Position numbers and translations under genes: made by a program | Assembly: GCA_963815095.1 (NCBI GenBank) | Contig: CAWFFH010000003.1 | Location: 704,001 to 768,000 of the forward strand | Reading direction: 5' to 3' | Origin: Candidatus Bathyarchaeota archaeon | GTDB lineage: Archaea > Thermoproteota > Bathyarchaeia > Bathyarchaeales > Bathycorpusculaceae | Length of the DNA: 64,000 nt | The notes under the pieces: model-generated | What the model was told of the DNA's origin: nothing | Database searches by the model: none | The model's input: the letters and a program-made list of their open reading frames with translations, nothing else | Part shown: piece by piece, positions 30,431 through 40,016 of the stretch | Numbering within the stretch: position 1 is the first letter of the stretch | How the letters are laid out: every line of letters starts with the position of its first letter

Positions 30431-31110
30431 ACCTTTTCCAGCGACGCGGTGTATCCACACTTCTTACTCGGTGTTCTATCTTTTAGATGGTGTTTTTTTA
30501 GTGTTCTATAGAGTAGCACTAAATATGATGAGCATTTGTTAGCAGTAGGTGATTAGGTGGGCAATCTACAAACGGCAAAATTCAAGAAAAAGAAATACAT
30601 CGGCTTAGGCTTTCTGGTAGTATTTGTTTTACTCACAGTAGCAGTAGCACCCACGATACTTGCTTCTATATCCGATACATCGAAACAGACTTCAACAGAC
30701 AACAATGTCGATATTAGCGAAAAACATTTTCCGCTTGAAATAGATTTGAATAAAACCCATTATAATGTAGGCGAAAAAATAGCTTTAAACGCAACCATAA
30801 TTAACCAAAGTGGTAAAGACGTCAATATGCTTTCTAACGGGTACCAACCATGCGTGATTTTCCATAATATCAACGACAATAGAAACTTTGGCGAAACATC
30901 GGAAGGAGTCTACCAAGTTTTTAAGGCGAACGAAAAAATAACACGCGTTTACGAGTACCAAGCCAATGAGTCAGGCACATACATCTTGGATGTAAGCTAC
31001 CATATTTCCATCAATAACGTTTGGTTTTACAAACAAGTTGCAAACATTACAATTGAAATAAAATAACTGACAAGGTAGAAGCAATAGACCCTTTCCAGCG
31101 ATGTGATGTA
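30431..31110. repeat. Pair of 23-bp imperfect direct repeats (30431-30453 and 31088-31110) flanking a single gene
   Basis: ACCTTTTCCAGCGACGCGGTGTA vs ACCCTTTCCAGCGATGTGATGTA; 19/23 identical. Confidence 0.7.
30557..31066 (+). CDS. Membrane-anchored Ig-like hypothetical protein
   Basis: Basic N-terminus plus TM, LNKTHYNVGE.I, GTY.L; GGTGA RBS. Confidence 0.75.
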   Translation: MGNLQTAKFKKKKYIGLGFLVVFVLLTVAVAPTILASISDTSKQTSTDNNVDISEKHFPLEIDLNKTHYNVGEKIALNATIINQSGKDVNMLSNGYQPCVIFHNINDNRNFGETSEGVYQVFKANEKITRVYEYQANESGTYILDVSYHISINNVWFYKQVANITIEIK

Positions 31111-31176
31111 AACCATCCTTGTCCCAAAATTTTATACACGTTAGAGCTTACCAATTTTTGTGTTTATTTCGACACG

Positions 31177-32127
31177 TTAAGTGGGATTCTTTTGAAGGGT
31201 ATTTTGTTGAGGGCTTGCATTTGCATTTAACCGTCTGGTTACTAATAAAACAACAATTAAGACTACCACAGCAATGATTAATCCTACAACAATGACAAGA
31301 GATAGAAATGAATCCGAGCCACCGCCTGAACCGACATTACTTGAAACGTAGTAAGCTAAAATCACGGTTTTACTTGAAGAAACAGGAGACAAATTATCCA
31401 CAGTTAAGATGTAAGTTCCATTTTTTGAAGCAACGAAATTCCAGCTTGAAGAAGTCACTTGGTTGTAGTGAATTAACGAGTTTCCATTTGGGTCAGTTAT
31501 TCTGAAGTTAATGTCTTTCATTTGATTGTCAGATGCTGAAATCTCTCCCGACAAAGTTTCGCCTCGATTAACTATTACATGTGCCGTTTGTGTTCCGAGT
31601 GCTGGAATGGTAAGGGTTTCAGTGCTTGTGCTAATTGTTTTATGGTGAGTTGCAAGTAAAAACTGAATAGTTACGTAACTTCGGTTGGTGTTATCCCACT
31701 GAGGTTGCGTTGTGAACCAAACATAAAAGTTCTCACTATCTTGTGTGAATCCGTCATTCATTGGTATTCTTCCATTGGTGGCCACAACAGGTTCTGTCCC
31801 TTCGAGAATTGCATTTTTAGGGATAGTCATGTTCACAAACGCTGTGGAACCGTTCAAGCCAGCTAAATCAAAATTTATGTTTGTGTTGTTATACCAGTCA
31901 GGTAAGTTCTCAAAAAAGAGGTCAGTAAATTGGCTTGCCGACACATTCCCCTGTATTGCCAGAGTTACATTTTTGCCATCTATACTGGTTGTTTGAATAG
32001 TTTGGATGGCGTCCGGGGAAGTCAAAGCTGAGGCTGAATTTTTTCCTTCCATGAAATCCGATATGAGTACACCTGCCAAAAAAATTACAAGCATACACAA
32101 TAATTTTGTTCGAAAGGATTTCAACAT
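31177..32127 (-). CDS. Secreted/anchored protein with GOLD (emp24/p24)-like domain
   Basis: DINFRITDPNG...FVASKNGTYILTVDN...KTV; signal peptide and C-terminal TM. Confidence 0.7.
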   Translation of the reverse strand: MLKSFRTKLLCMLVIFLAGVLISDFMEGKNSASALTSPDAIQTIQTTSIDGKNVTLAIQGNVSASQFTDLFFENLPDWYNNTNINFDLAGLNGSTAFVNMTIPKNAILEGTEPVVATNGRIPMNDGFTQDSENFYVWFTTQPQWDNTNRSYVTIQFLLATHHKTISTSTETLTIPALGTQTAHVIVNRGETLSGEISASDNQMKDINFRITDPNGNSLIHYNQVTSSSWNFVASKNGTYILTVDNLSPVSSSKTVILAYYVSSNVGSGGGSDSFLSLVIVVGLIIAVVVLIVVLLVTRRLNANASPQQNTLQKNPT

Positions 32128-33091
32128 TTAATCGCCTAAGAAGTGATTACTATCGTTTGGTATTTAAAAGCTAAGAAAAACTTGATTGCTGTAACAGCTC
32201 TGGATCAAACCGTCAAATAACTTTACAATCACTCGTCTTCAGAACAATGCCCAATGTTTTCCTCCCGATTACTGCTTTAACTTACAGCGTGGAGACTTTG
32301 GTTTTTTTAAACCTTCTCCATAACCAACTAAATCATCATGCATCTGAAGCCAAAACCCCCTTCCCACATTCAAAAAACAAGGACTGCACAACTAAAACCC
32401 AATCGACACAGAATTAGAAACTTCAACATGCCCCCACACTTTACCCACACACCTCAACATACAATCCAACATAGCAGTTGAACCAACCCAACCTCCAACC
32501 CGCAAACCCTAACTCCACAACCCTCAAATGCCTATCTCTCTCATGCTTGGTCTGCTTCAAACTCTTAACATACTTATCTAAGCGTCGATACTCGGCCCAC
32601 GCTTAAGGTACTATGCTTTTTTAAAACAAAAACTCTCCCAGACACGACAAAACACCTTCAAAACAGGTCTAAACACGCCAAAAAACGACAAAATAGGAAA
32701 CCGAAAAAACCCCGAACACAACCGCTTTACCAAAAAACGCCACAAACCAGCCATATCCCCCACACATAAACCCCATTTGCAACGTGCATATTCATGCTAA
32801 ATTGGAACATTCCGCCATTTTTTACCAAACAAAACATAAAACTTCACACATCAAACACAACTTTTTGTCGCACACAAAAACCCAAAAACCGCCGCCCCAA
32901 TCCCAAAGCAAATAAAAAAACAACCTAAACCAAAAAACCAAACCCCCAGTGTAGTGTGCAATTATATCCCACCACACACATACAAAAAGAAAAAACCATA
33001 AAACGTGCTAGCAATCCAGTCACTCACACCAACCAAGCCTTTTAGGAAAAATTAATTTGCCATCGTGTGCTTTAGCAAATTGGTGATTTAT

Positions 33092-33301
33092 GTGCCTGTT
33101 GTACAAGTTACTGTCTGGGCTGGAATAAGTTTAGAGAACAAGAAAAAAATGGTTGAAGGAATAACCAAAGTGATGGAGAGCATAGGTATTCCAAGCCAAG
33201 CAACAACAATCATAATCTTTGAAGAACCCAAGGAGAATTGGGCTTCAGGCGGAAAACTCCATTCAGAAACAATTTGGAATCCTGGCCCTTCACAAAAATA
33301 A
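33092..33301 (+). CDS. 4-oxalocrotonate tautomerase family protein
   Basis: A GTG start gives the N-terminal catalytic Pro (M)PVVQV; K..MVEGIT, EEPKENWASGG; GGTGA RBS. Confidence 0.88.
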   Translation: MPVVQVTVWAGISLENKKKMVEGITKVMESIGIPSQATTIIIFEEPKENWASGGKLHSETIWNPGPSQK

Positions 33302-33455
33302 CCTACCGCAACTTTGAATCTATTTTTCATCATAATATTTCATTTTTTAGGCAATAAACCATGTTGGTATACTGTTTTTCCATGGAATTAACGGTTTTTT
33401 TAAGTAACGGTTAAAAGCAAAAGATGCACAGTGATACATTTAACACCAAAAAGGT

Positions 33456-34073
33456 TTGGTAACCATGTCTGCTAAAACTCAACAGCAAAAATTTATTTCA
33501 GTTGACCCAGGCAAATGCATTGGATGCGGAATCTGCGAATACGCATGCACCGTAGAAAAAGGTGAAACCACTTGGAATCCAATCCGCTCCAGAATTAGAG
33601 TAGTACGAATGGCGCCAGTACTCAACTTTGCATTATCTTGCAGAGGCTGCCAAGATGCAAAATGTGTAAAAGCATGTCCAGAACGGGCAATCTCACAGGC
33701 AGAAGATACAGGACTTTTAATAATCGACGAAAGCAAGTGCAAAGGCTGCGACTGGTGCGTTCAAGCTTGCGATCACGGCGGAATAACTATACATGCAGAT
33801 ACAGGAAAAGCAATCGCATGCGACCTTTGTAAGGGTGAGCCACAATGTCTTGCATCTTGTCCAGAAGAAGCATTAGCAATCGTGAGTTCAGATGCAGAAG
33901 CAGAAAAACGGTTTAACGACTCATTAGCAACTTTATCAAATCAAATTGAAAAAATAACCGTTAGCATCAAGAACAAAGACTGGAAACCATTTCTAGCTAT
34001 TGCCGAGAAACGTTCAGGCGTAATAACAGAAAAACTAGAAGCCCTGAACAAGAAAGCAAAAGCAAAAAAATAA
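33456..34073 (+). CDS. Multi-[4Fe-4S] electron-transfer protein (DmsB/CooF-like)
   Basis: CIGCGICEYAC, CRGC...CVKACP, CKGCDWCVQAC, CDLC...CLASCP. Confidence 0.9.
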   Translation: MVTMSAKTQQQKFISVDPGKCIGCGICEYACTVEKGETTWNPIRSRIRVVRMAPVLNFALSCRGCQDAKCVKACPERAISQAEDTGLLIIDESKCKGCDWCVQACDHGGITIHADTGKAIACDLCKGEPQCLASCPEEALAIVSSDAEAEKRFNDSLATLSNQIEKITVSIKNKDWKPFLAIAEKRSGVITEKLEALNKKAKAKK

Positions 34074-34086
34074 AACCCTTTCCACC

Positions 34087-34953
34087 TTATTCTTTCAAGT
34101 TTTCTTCATAACCCCTCAGAAAACTATCAATGTCCAACCCAACTTTCTCGCCAACATAACCGCCTTCCAACACGAAAAAGGCAGGTTTTTTTAGTCTTGC
34201 AACTCTTTTGCCGATCTCAAAGTAATCTTGTTCAGTTAAACCCAAAGTTGCCAAATCGCCTTGATGCGTATCAAAACCGGCCGAAACCGCAATTGCTTCA
34301 AACTTTGCTAAATCAACCATACCCAAAGCTTTGTCAAGGGTTTCCAGGTATCTTTTTCCGCCAAAATCACCCGGCAACGCAAAGTTTATGCAGTTACCCT
34401 CCATAAAATCTCCCGTTCCCGGATAATTGGGCGCTTGATGAAGAGACACATAAACAACCTTTTCATCGCCCTGAAAAATCTCCTGCGTACCGTTCCCATG
34501 GTGTCCATCGATATCTAAGATTAATGTGCGTTTCCTTGACTCTTTAACAGCGATGGCAATGTTGTTTAGGTAACAGAACCCACGTGTATAAACACCCAGC
34601 GCGGCACCATTTCTTCCAACGTGGTGTCCAGGTGGACGCATAAGAGAAAAACCGTTAATTTTGCTCGCTAATAATGCGCTGCCAACTGAGAGCCTTGCAA
34701 ATTCGTAGATGTTAGCATATGCCGGCGTGTCAGAATCTTCAACTAAGCCTTTTTTTACATTAAAAAGATAATCGGCGTCATGGACAGATAAAATTTCATC
34801 GTCGCTAGCTGGCGTTGGTTCCACAAACGAGTAACCCTTTGCCTGCAATATGTCATGTGCAGCTTTTACCCGCTGAGGGCCTTCAATGTGCCAAGTGCCA
34901 TAGCCTAAACATTTTTCTGAATAGACCAGTTTTGTTTTCATCGCTAACTGCAT
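34087..34953 (-). CDS. Histone deacetylase / acetylpolyamine amidohydrolase family
   Basis: RPPGHH, GFCYLNN, DIDGHHGNGTQ, YPGTG, SAGFD, LEGGY. Confidence 0.93.
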   Translation of the reverse strand: MQLAMKTKLVYSEKCLGYGTWHIEGPQRVKAAHDILQAKGYSFVEPTPASDDEILSVHDADYLFNVKKGLVEDSDTPAYANIYEFARLSVGSALLASKINGFSLMRPPGHHVGRNGAALGVYTRGFCYLNNIAIAVKESRKRTLILDIDGHHGNGTQEIFQGDEKVVYVSLHQAPNYPGTGDFMEGNCINFALPGDFGGKRYLETLDKALGMVDLAKFEAIAVSAGFDTHQGDLATLGLTEQDYFEIGKRVARLKKPAFFVLEGGYVGEKVGLDIDSFLRGYEENLKE

Positions 34954-35040
34954 CCATTAGACACATAAGTACGCTTTCACATTTAAAAAACATAACTAGC
35001 CAAACTTAGCCTAAACAAATGTAATCGGAGAAAAAAATTC

Positions 35041-36990
35041 ATGACATCACAAAATCCATTTGACCAATTCCGCCAAGAATGCCAAACCGCACTAGCAAAT
35101 GCCCTAAACAAATCCATGCCAGAAATCAAACAACCCACAATTACACTCAACAAAACACCGAACATAGAATATGGGCAGTTGGCTTCATCTTTGTGTTTTG
35201 AGTTGGCAAAGAAACTTGGCCAGAAACCCCTCGTTTTAGCCGAGCAACTTGTTGCCGCCATGGATAACTCCACTTTTCATCTAATCGAAGAGGTTGCGCC
35301 TGCAGGTGCAGGATACATAAACTTTCATGTTAACTTTGCGAAATTTTCTGCTTTAACTTTGGAGTCAGTTAAAGCGTTAGGTTCAGAATATGGCTTTGTC
35401 AAGACTGATCAGCCTAAAAAAATTATAGTTGAACACACCAGTGTTAACCCGTTACATCCTATCCATATTGGTCAAGCCAGAAACCCCATGTTGGGCGATG
35501 CGTTGGCACGGATTCTCCAGAACAGGGGACATGAGGTTTCGAGACATTACTATATTGATGATGTGGGAAGGCAATCCTCCGTTTTAGCGTATGGTTATGC
35601 CAAGTTGGGCAGACCAAAACCAACCGAGAAAGTCGACCTTTTCGTAGGCAAGATCTACACAGTAACTAGCTGCCTAGTTGAAATTAACCGTCTTAAAAAA
35701 GCCCGCGAACTCGCCATCAACGCCAAGTCAGCAGACGACCTGGTCAAGGCAAACAAGGAAATCGATGAGTGGATGTCCATCGCCGCGGAACTTAAACAAA
35801 AGTATCCAGTGCTCTTTGAGGCGTTGACAGCCCAAATCAGCCAAGATGAAAACCCTGAAGAAGAAATCAAACGTTTAAACTGCGCTTACGAAGATGGCGA
35901 ACCCAACGCGAAGCAACTCATCCGCGAAGTCAGCGACTTATGCCTCGAAGGTTTCCGCGAAACCATGAAGCGTGTCAGCGTTACATATGATTCGTGGGAT
36001 TGGGAGAGCGACTTTGTTTGGAGCACCCAAGTTAATGACGTTCTCGCAAAACTGAAAGCCTCTCCGTATGTTTACAACGAGAAAGATGTCTTGGAGTTTG
36101 ACGCAGAAAAAGTTGTACAAACCCTCAACCTGAAAGTAAAGCTGGGGTTAAGCCCGAATAACGAGGTTCCACCGCTAACATTGGGACGCGCTGACGGCAC
36201 CACACTCTACACAACACGTGACATCGCATACACACTCTGGAAGTTCAAACAAGCTCAAAAAGTCATTAACGTCATCGGCATGGAACAGTCGCTGGCGCAG
36301 TTGCACTTAAAAATCGCACTCTATGCAATGGGTTACAGCGAATACGCCGAAAATTTGGTGCATTTCGCTTACAACTTAGTCACTTTGCCGGGTTACAAGA
36401 TGAGTAGCCGAAGAGGACACTACATTACATTCGACGACGTTTTGAGTGAGGCAGTCCAACGGGCTTACGAAGAGGTTTCGAAGCGTTCCCCTCTGCTATC
36501 CGAAGAGGAGAAACGCAAAATCGCAGACTTCGTTGGATTAGGCGCCGTGCGGTATGCACTTGTCGATGTGGATCCTTCTAAGACAGTGATGTTCACTTGG
36601 GAACGCGTATTGAACTTCGAAACCAACAGTGCACCCTACGTTCAGTATACTCATGCAAGAGCCTGCAGCATTTTGCGTAAAGCAGCGCGTGAACCAGAAA
36701 AACCAGCCTATGAACTCTTAACTGAGAAGCTTGAGCGCGAACTCATATTGAACATTGCAGGTTTCCCTGATATGTTCATTGAAACAACAGAATACTACAA
36801 ACCCAACATGATAGCCGACTACATCAACGTACTTGCTGACAAATTCAACACCTTCTACAATGCTTACCCCGTGATAAAGGCTGATTCGCAAGAACTGAGC
36901 GACGCACGCATTGCCTTAACTCAAGCCATAAAAACTATTATGTACAACGCGTTGAACCTAATTGGGGTTGTTGCGCCAGAAAAAATGTAA
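35041..36990 (+). CDS. argS: Arginyl-tRNA synthetase
   Basis: EHTSVNP..PIHIGQARN, DGTTLYTTRDIAY, KMSSRRG, PYVQYTHAR, C-terminal PEKM. Confidence 0.97.
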   Translation: MTSQNPFDQFRQECQTALANALNKSMPEIKQPTITLNKTPNIEYGQLASSLCFELAKKLGQKPLVLAEQLVAAMDNSTFHLIEEVAPAGAGYINFHVNFAKFSALTLESVKALGSEYGFVKTDQPKKIIVEHTSVNPLHPIHIGQARNPMLGDALARILQNRGHEVSRHYYIDDVGRQSSVLAYGYAKLGRPKPTEKVDLFVGKIYTVTSCLVEINRLKKARELAINAKSADDLVKANKEIDEWMSIAAELKQKYPVLFEALTAQISQDENPEEEIKRLNCAYEDGEPNAKQLIREVSDLCLEGFRETMKRVSVTYDSWDWESDFVWSTQVNDVLAKLKASPYVYNEKDVLEFDAEKVVQTLNLKVKLGLSPNNEVPPLTLGRADGTTLYTTRDIAYTLWKFKQAQKVINVIGMEQSLAQLHLKIALYAMGYSEYAENLVHFAYNLVTLPGYKMSSRRGHYITFDDVLSEAVQRAYEEVSKRSPLLSEEEKRKIADFVGLGAVRYALVDVDPSKTVMFTWERVLNFETNSAPYVQYTHARACSILRKAAREPEKPAYELLTEKLERELILNIAGFPDMFIETTEYYKPNMIADYINVLADKFNTFYNAYPVIKADSQELSDARIALTQAIKTIMYNALNLIGVVAPEKM

Positions 36991-37125
36991 CTTTATTAGG
37001 ACGGAATTTAGGCTTTTTTCGCAATAAAGTTGGACCTTAAGTTAGCTGCTTGATTGCCATAACCTTCAAAAACAACTTCGCTGCATTAAATTGTAATTCT
37101 TCAGATCGAAAAAGGAATAGTTTCG

Positions 37126-37815
37126 ATGACAAGAACAAAAGCTGCGCATTGTTGGGTTATATGTAAAAAAATATTCAGCGTCTCCTTACTTTTCAACGCG
37201 CTTCTAACAATTGCTATAGCAATCGGAATTTTAGCGAATTTTTACTGGGTTTTCCACGGTTGGAAGCCTTTCTCTCCCTATCTTATCAGCGGCAACGTTT
37301 TTTGGATTGCAATTGTGGCCGCGGCGATTAACATTTTTCCAAGCGCCAGCCTCGGACGCGCTCTTCACACAGGCAGGTTTCTGTTTCACCATTACTTCTA
37401 CGGCTTTCTGGTTCTATTTGTCTCAGCAGCTTACGTCGTAGTTTTCACACCCGTGTCCTTATTTTCTATCTTTTTGGTTAACAGCGAGAGCGTTGCGGTT
37501 AACGCTGGACGATTTTTCCTTTTGGGCGGCTTAACTTTGGTTTTAGATGATTTGCCAGATGTTAACACAAAGGTTGAGTCTTCCCTTAACTGGCTAAAAG
37601 CTAAAGCCCATCAAGGCGGAAAAATAATTTTTATTGTTCAATTGGTTACAGGTGTGGTTTCGCTCTATATGTCTGTCGCCATCTCCCTTTCGATATCTCA
37701 GAATCCCCAATGGATAACTTTAGCCAATTCCATCTTAATCGGCACTCTACTTGTAACCGCAATAACTTCTTTTGCCTCTGTAAAAAGAAAGATCTGGCTA
37801 AACATGTACAATTAA
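37126..37815 (+). CDS. Polytopic membrane protein of unknown function
   Basis: About six hydrophobic segments; HTGRFLFHHYFYG and LVLDD motifs. Confidence 0.75.
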   Translation: MTRTKAAHCWVICKKIFSVSLLFNALLTIAIAIGILANFYWVFHGWKPFSPYLISGNVFWIAIVAAAINIFPSASLGRALHTGRFLFHHYFYGFLVLFVSAAYVVVFTPVSLFSIFLVNSESVAVNAGRFFLLGGLTLVLDDLPDVNTKVESSLNWLKAKAHQGGKIIFIVQLVTGVVSLYMSVAISLSISQNPQWITLANSILIGTLLVTAITSFASVKRKIWLNMYN

Positions 37816-37908
37816 GAAACAATCCATTGTCCTCACATACTTGTAAATTTGGATAACAATAACAAATTTCAAATACAAGCCTAATAATCTAAAACGAGGT
37901 GCATACTA

Positions 37909-38979
37909 ATGAGTAATGATTCATACTTCAGTAAGAAACTTGAACCTATCAAGGTTACAAAACAGAAAAGTATTTCACAACTCCTAAGCGAAATGGGCAA
38001 AACAGCATATCAAGGCCGCAAACTTGGCGAAGCCGTTGATGTTTGGGAGAACATGATTAAATCAAAAGACACAGTCATCGCTATGGGCTTTGCAGGCTCA
38101 ATGAGTACCGCAGGACAATGGACGATTGTTAATTGGCTTATCGAAAACCGTTTCATAGACGTGCTCGTTTCCACTGGCGCAAACGTCAGCGAAGACATAG
38201 TTGACGCAATGGGCTTAGGCTACTACCAAGGCAACCACATGGTAAACGACGAGCAACTGCTCCACGACGATGTCAACCGTTATTATGACGTCTACGGGAA
38301 AGAAACCGATTATCGCGAAATGGAAACTTTGGTTACTGACTTCGTTATGACCTGCAAGCAAGACTACAATTATACTTCAGCAGAATTCCTCTACTTACTC
38401 GGAAAATACCTTGGCAAGAAAAAGATACCCGCTATCTCAGCCGTTGCAGCAGCTAATGGCGTCCCAATTTTCAGCCCAGCCATGGTTGACAGCGCTTACG
38501 GCGAAACATTTCTCTTAGCCAAAAACCAAGGTCACACCGTCCACTTAGATAGCGTCAAAGAATTTGACCAGTTCGTCAGCATAGGAACAAAAACCAAAGA
38601 AGTCGGCGTCGTCTACATCGGCGGTGGCGTTCCCAAAGACCTAACTCAACTCATAGCCATCTCCGTTTCACCCATGACCAAAGACGAAGGCGTCAAAGGC
38701 AGAAAAGGCGGCTTACGCAAAAGTCTTCAAGAATATTATTACCCACACAAATACGCCATACAAATCACAACCGACTCACCGCAATGGGGCGGTTTGAGTG
38801 GCTGCACACTGGAAGAGGCGATTAGTTGGGGCAAAATCAACAGCCAAACCGGAACCCGCGCAGTCTGCTACTGCGACGCAACTATCGCACTGCCACTAAT
38901 TTGCCACGCACTTGCTGAGCGCGTCCCTGAAAAACGGAAAGGGCCAGATATGAGCTGGCTATTCAAAGGCGTGCAATAA
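37909..38979 (+). CDS. Deoxyhypusine synthase-like protein (divergent, homospermidine-synthase-like paralog)
   Basis: STGAN, GGGVPKD, QITTD..WGGLSGCTLEEAISWGK, DATIALP. Confidence 0.85.
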   Translation: MSNDSYFSKKLEPIKVTKQKSISQLLSEMGKTAYQGRKLGEAVDVWENMIKSKDTVIAMGFAGSMSTAGQWTIVNWLIENRFIDVLVSTGANVSEDIVDAMGLGYYQGNHMVNDEQLLHDDVNRYYDVYGKETDYREMETLVTDFVMTCKQDYNYTSAEFLYLLGKYLGKKKIPAISAVAAANGVPIFSPAMVDSAYGETFLLAKNQGHTVHLDSVKEFDQFVSIGTKTKEVGVVYIGGGVPKDLTQLIAISVSPMTKDEGVKGRKGGLRKSLQEYYYPHKYAIQITTDSPQWGGLSGCTLEEAISWGKINSQTGTRAVCYCDATIALPLICHALAERVPEKRKGPDMSWLFKGVQ

Positions 38980-38991
38980 ACGCCAAATTTT

Positions 38992-39954
38992 TTATTTTTT
39001 CTTCTTGTTTAATCTAGTTATAAGCGAGTATGTCATTATCGGCATTATTACAGTGGCGTCGCCTTCGACCATGATGCGTTTGGCTTTTTCGTTGATTTTT
39101 CCCCATGAAACTGCTTCTCTTGGACGTGCGCCGCTGAGGCTTCCGTCCCACTCGTCTGCTGTGGTTATGTAGACGACGTAGTCTAGGCCATCTTTGAATT
39201 GGTTCCACCAAATCGTGTGGTGTTTGCTGATTCCACCGCCGACGATTAGGGCGCCGCTTTTTTTGGCGTCAAAAACGATGTTGTTGAGGTCTCCTTCGTC
39301 TTTTAGCAGGTTTACTTTGAATTCTTTGTGGTCTTGGCTGAAGAACCAAAGTTGGTAACCTACTGAACCGTCAGTTATTCCGGGCACAAAAACGGGGATG
39401 TTGTTTTTAGCTGCCCAATAAAGAATCGAGCTTTCATTGCAGCATCTCAAACCAATCTCGCGGCAGAGCTCGCTGGTTGAGAGTTCCCTTTTGCCTTCCT
39501 TGTATAACTCTTCAAGTAACCCAATGATTTTCTTTTCAATAATTATGCCGTAGCTGTCATTTGGGACAAGCACGTTTCCAAGGCGATTTACGCCTTCTTG
39601 GTGGAGTTTGGAATCGTTCATGATGAAACTGCCCTTGTAATAATCTTTGTAGCAGCGGGCAACGTCATGGTCCAATGTTCCGCAGGTTGTAATTATTACA
39701 TCTATAAGTTTGCGTTTAACCAGTTCCCTGATAACCCCGCGGGTTCCAGTCGCGACTATGTCGGCGGTGAATGATAGAAATTTAACGCATCCTTTTTCCT
39801 TAACCATAGCTTCCATGATGTTGACGCTTGTGGCGAGTTTGCCTGCGGTGAAACCCCACGCTGCCTCCATCTCCAAGACAAGCTCATCTACAGACATGTC
39901 TTTGGTAAAATCGTAATCTTTCACTGGAACCTTATGTGATGTTTCTTTGTGCAT
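38992..39954 (-). CDS. dys: Deoxyhypusine synthase, canonical archaeal type
   Basis: NRLGNV, PGITDGSVG, GGGISKHH, DGSLSGARPREAVSWGK, GDAT. Confidence 0.93.
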   Translation of the reverse strand: MHKETSHKVPVKDYDFTKDMSVDELVLEMEAAWGFTAGKLATSVNIMEAMVKEKGCVKFLSFTADIVATGTRGVIRELVKRKLIDVIITTCGTLDHDVARCYKDYYKGSFIMNDSKLHQEGVNRLGNVLVPNDSYGIIIEKKIIGLLEELYKEGKRELSTSELCREIGLRCCNESSILYWAAKNNIPVFVPGITDGSVGYQLWFFSQDHKEFKVNLLKDEGDLNNIVFDAKKSGALIVGGGISKHHTIWWNQFKDGLDYVVYITTADEWDGSLSGARPREAVSWGKINEKAKRIMVEGDATVIMPIMTYSLITRLNKKKK

Positions 39955-40016
39955 GTTAATTTCTCCTGCACTTTGTTAACGAAAATGGGAATAAATAGGT
40001 GTCGAAAACCAGCGGA

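Noticed and set aside
30286-30519. ORFs of 73-77 aa on both strands
   Set aside because: They overlap tRNA-Leu; RRVGFEPT is the typical antisense-tRNA translation.
32330-33060. Possible CRISPR array or tandem repeat
   Set aside because: No constant repeat unit with regular spacers could be found, and there are no cas genes.
30390-33100. Integrated element with attL/attR at tRNA-Leu
   Set aside because: No second copy of the tRNA 3' end and no recognisable integrase in the window.
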